Source: Verrucomicrobiales bacterium (GTDB lineage: Bacteria > Verrucomicrobiota > Verrucomicrobiia > Verrucomicrobiales > V1-33). Taken from it: a stretch of 15,922 nt of DNA. A model generated the notes under the pieces. It was not told the origin of the DNA, ran no database searches, and saw nothing but the letters and a program-made list of their open reading frames with translations. Both the position numbers and the translations under genes were made by a program. Shown in pieces: positions 15,787 to 15,922 of this stretch; within the stretch, counting starts at the first letter, position 1; the number at the start of each line of letters is the position of its first letter. The stretch spans positions 1-15,922 of the forward strand of contig JANOAV010000207.1 in NCBI GenBank assembly GCA_031411295.1, written 5' to 3'.

Positions 15787-15922
15787 GAACCTGTCCGGTA
15801 ATTTTGAAAAAGGGCCATAATGGGGTAGGGTAAGGAATGAGAAAAAGCTACCCGACAGATGTGAGTGACAAGGAATGGGCGTTACTGGAGCCACTATTTT
15901 GCCCACCAGGGGCGGCCCGCAA
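15787..15922 (+). mobile_element. Left end of an IS5-family insertion sequence (IS1031/IS427-like), truncated by the window end
   Basis: Putative terminal inverted repeat GAACCTGTCCGGTAA directly after TAA (a TNA-type target). A transposase N-terminus starts 50 nt inside. The right end is not visible. Confidence 0.75.
15837..15922 (+). CDS. IS5-family transposase, N-terminal fragment (DUF4096-type N-terminus); not in the ORF track
   Basis: Translates as MRKSYPTDVSDKEWALLEPLF..., matching the YPSDLTDxQWxxLEPLL start of IS5-family transposases. The expected GRP motif is in the +1 frame (15910-15918). Confidence 0.8.
   Translation, partial: MRKSYPTDVSDKEWALLEPLFCPPGAAR

Noticed and set aside
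15804..15821. TTGAAA...CATAAT as a sigma-70 promoter for the transposase
   Set aside because: The spacer is only 6 nt rather than about 17.

Overview
All recognisable genes are on the + strand. There are six co-oriented genes for large or modular exported proteins, followed by the left end of an IS5-family element. In order: (1) a 5'-truncated protein with three ~181-aa ConA-like/DUF1349-type beta-sandwich repeats and a C-terminal domain typical of Verrucomicrobia; (2) a CE4/NodB polysaccharide deacetylase fused to two DUF5018-like repeats and four autotransporter-associated (PATR) repeats, with no beta-barrel; (3) a DUF2341-LamG-SGNH/SASA O-acetylesterase; (4) a PQQ-like/BamB-like beta-propeller; (5) a Gly/Gln/Pro-rich protein with two EF-hands; (6) a ~1,680-aa lamin-tail/LamG/CotH-kinase protein with nested domain insertions. 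The IS begins immediately after the stop codon of gene 6 and runs off the window. The domain repertoire points to a Verrucomicrobiota (PVC) genome, which is an inference. The most notable points are the pairing of two secreted de-acetylases with a secreted kinase and a Ca-binding protein, the nested architecture of the CotH protein, a C-terminal domain shared by genes 1 and 6, and a palindrome-rich 300-bp spacer. All domain calls come from motif recognition by eye; no database search was run.
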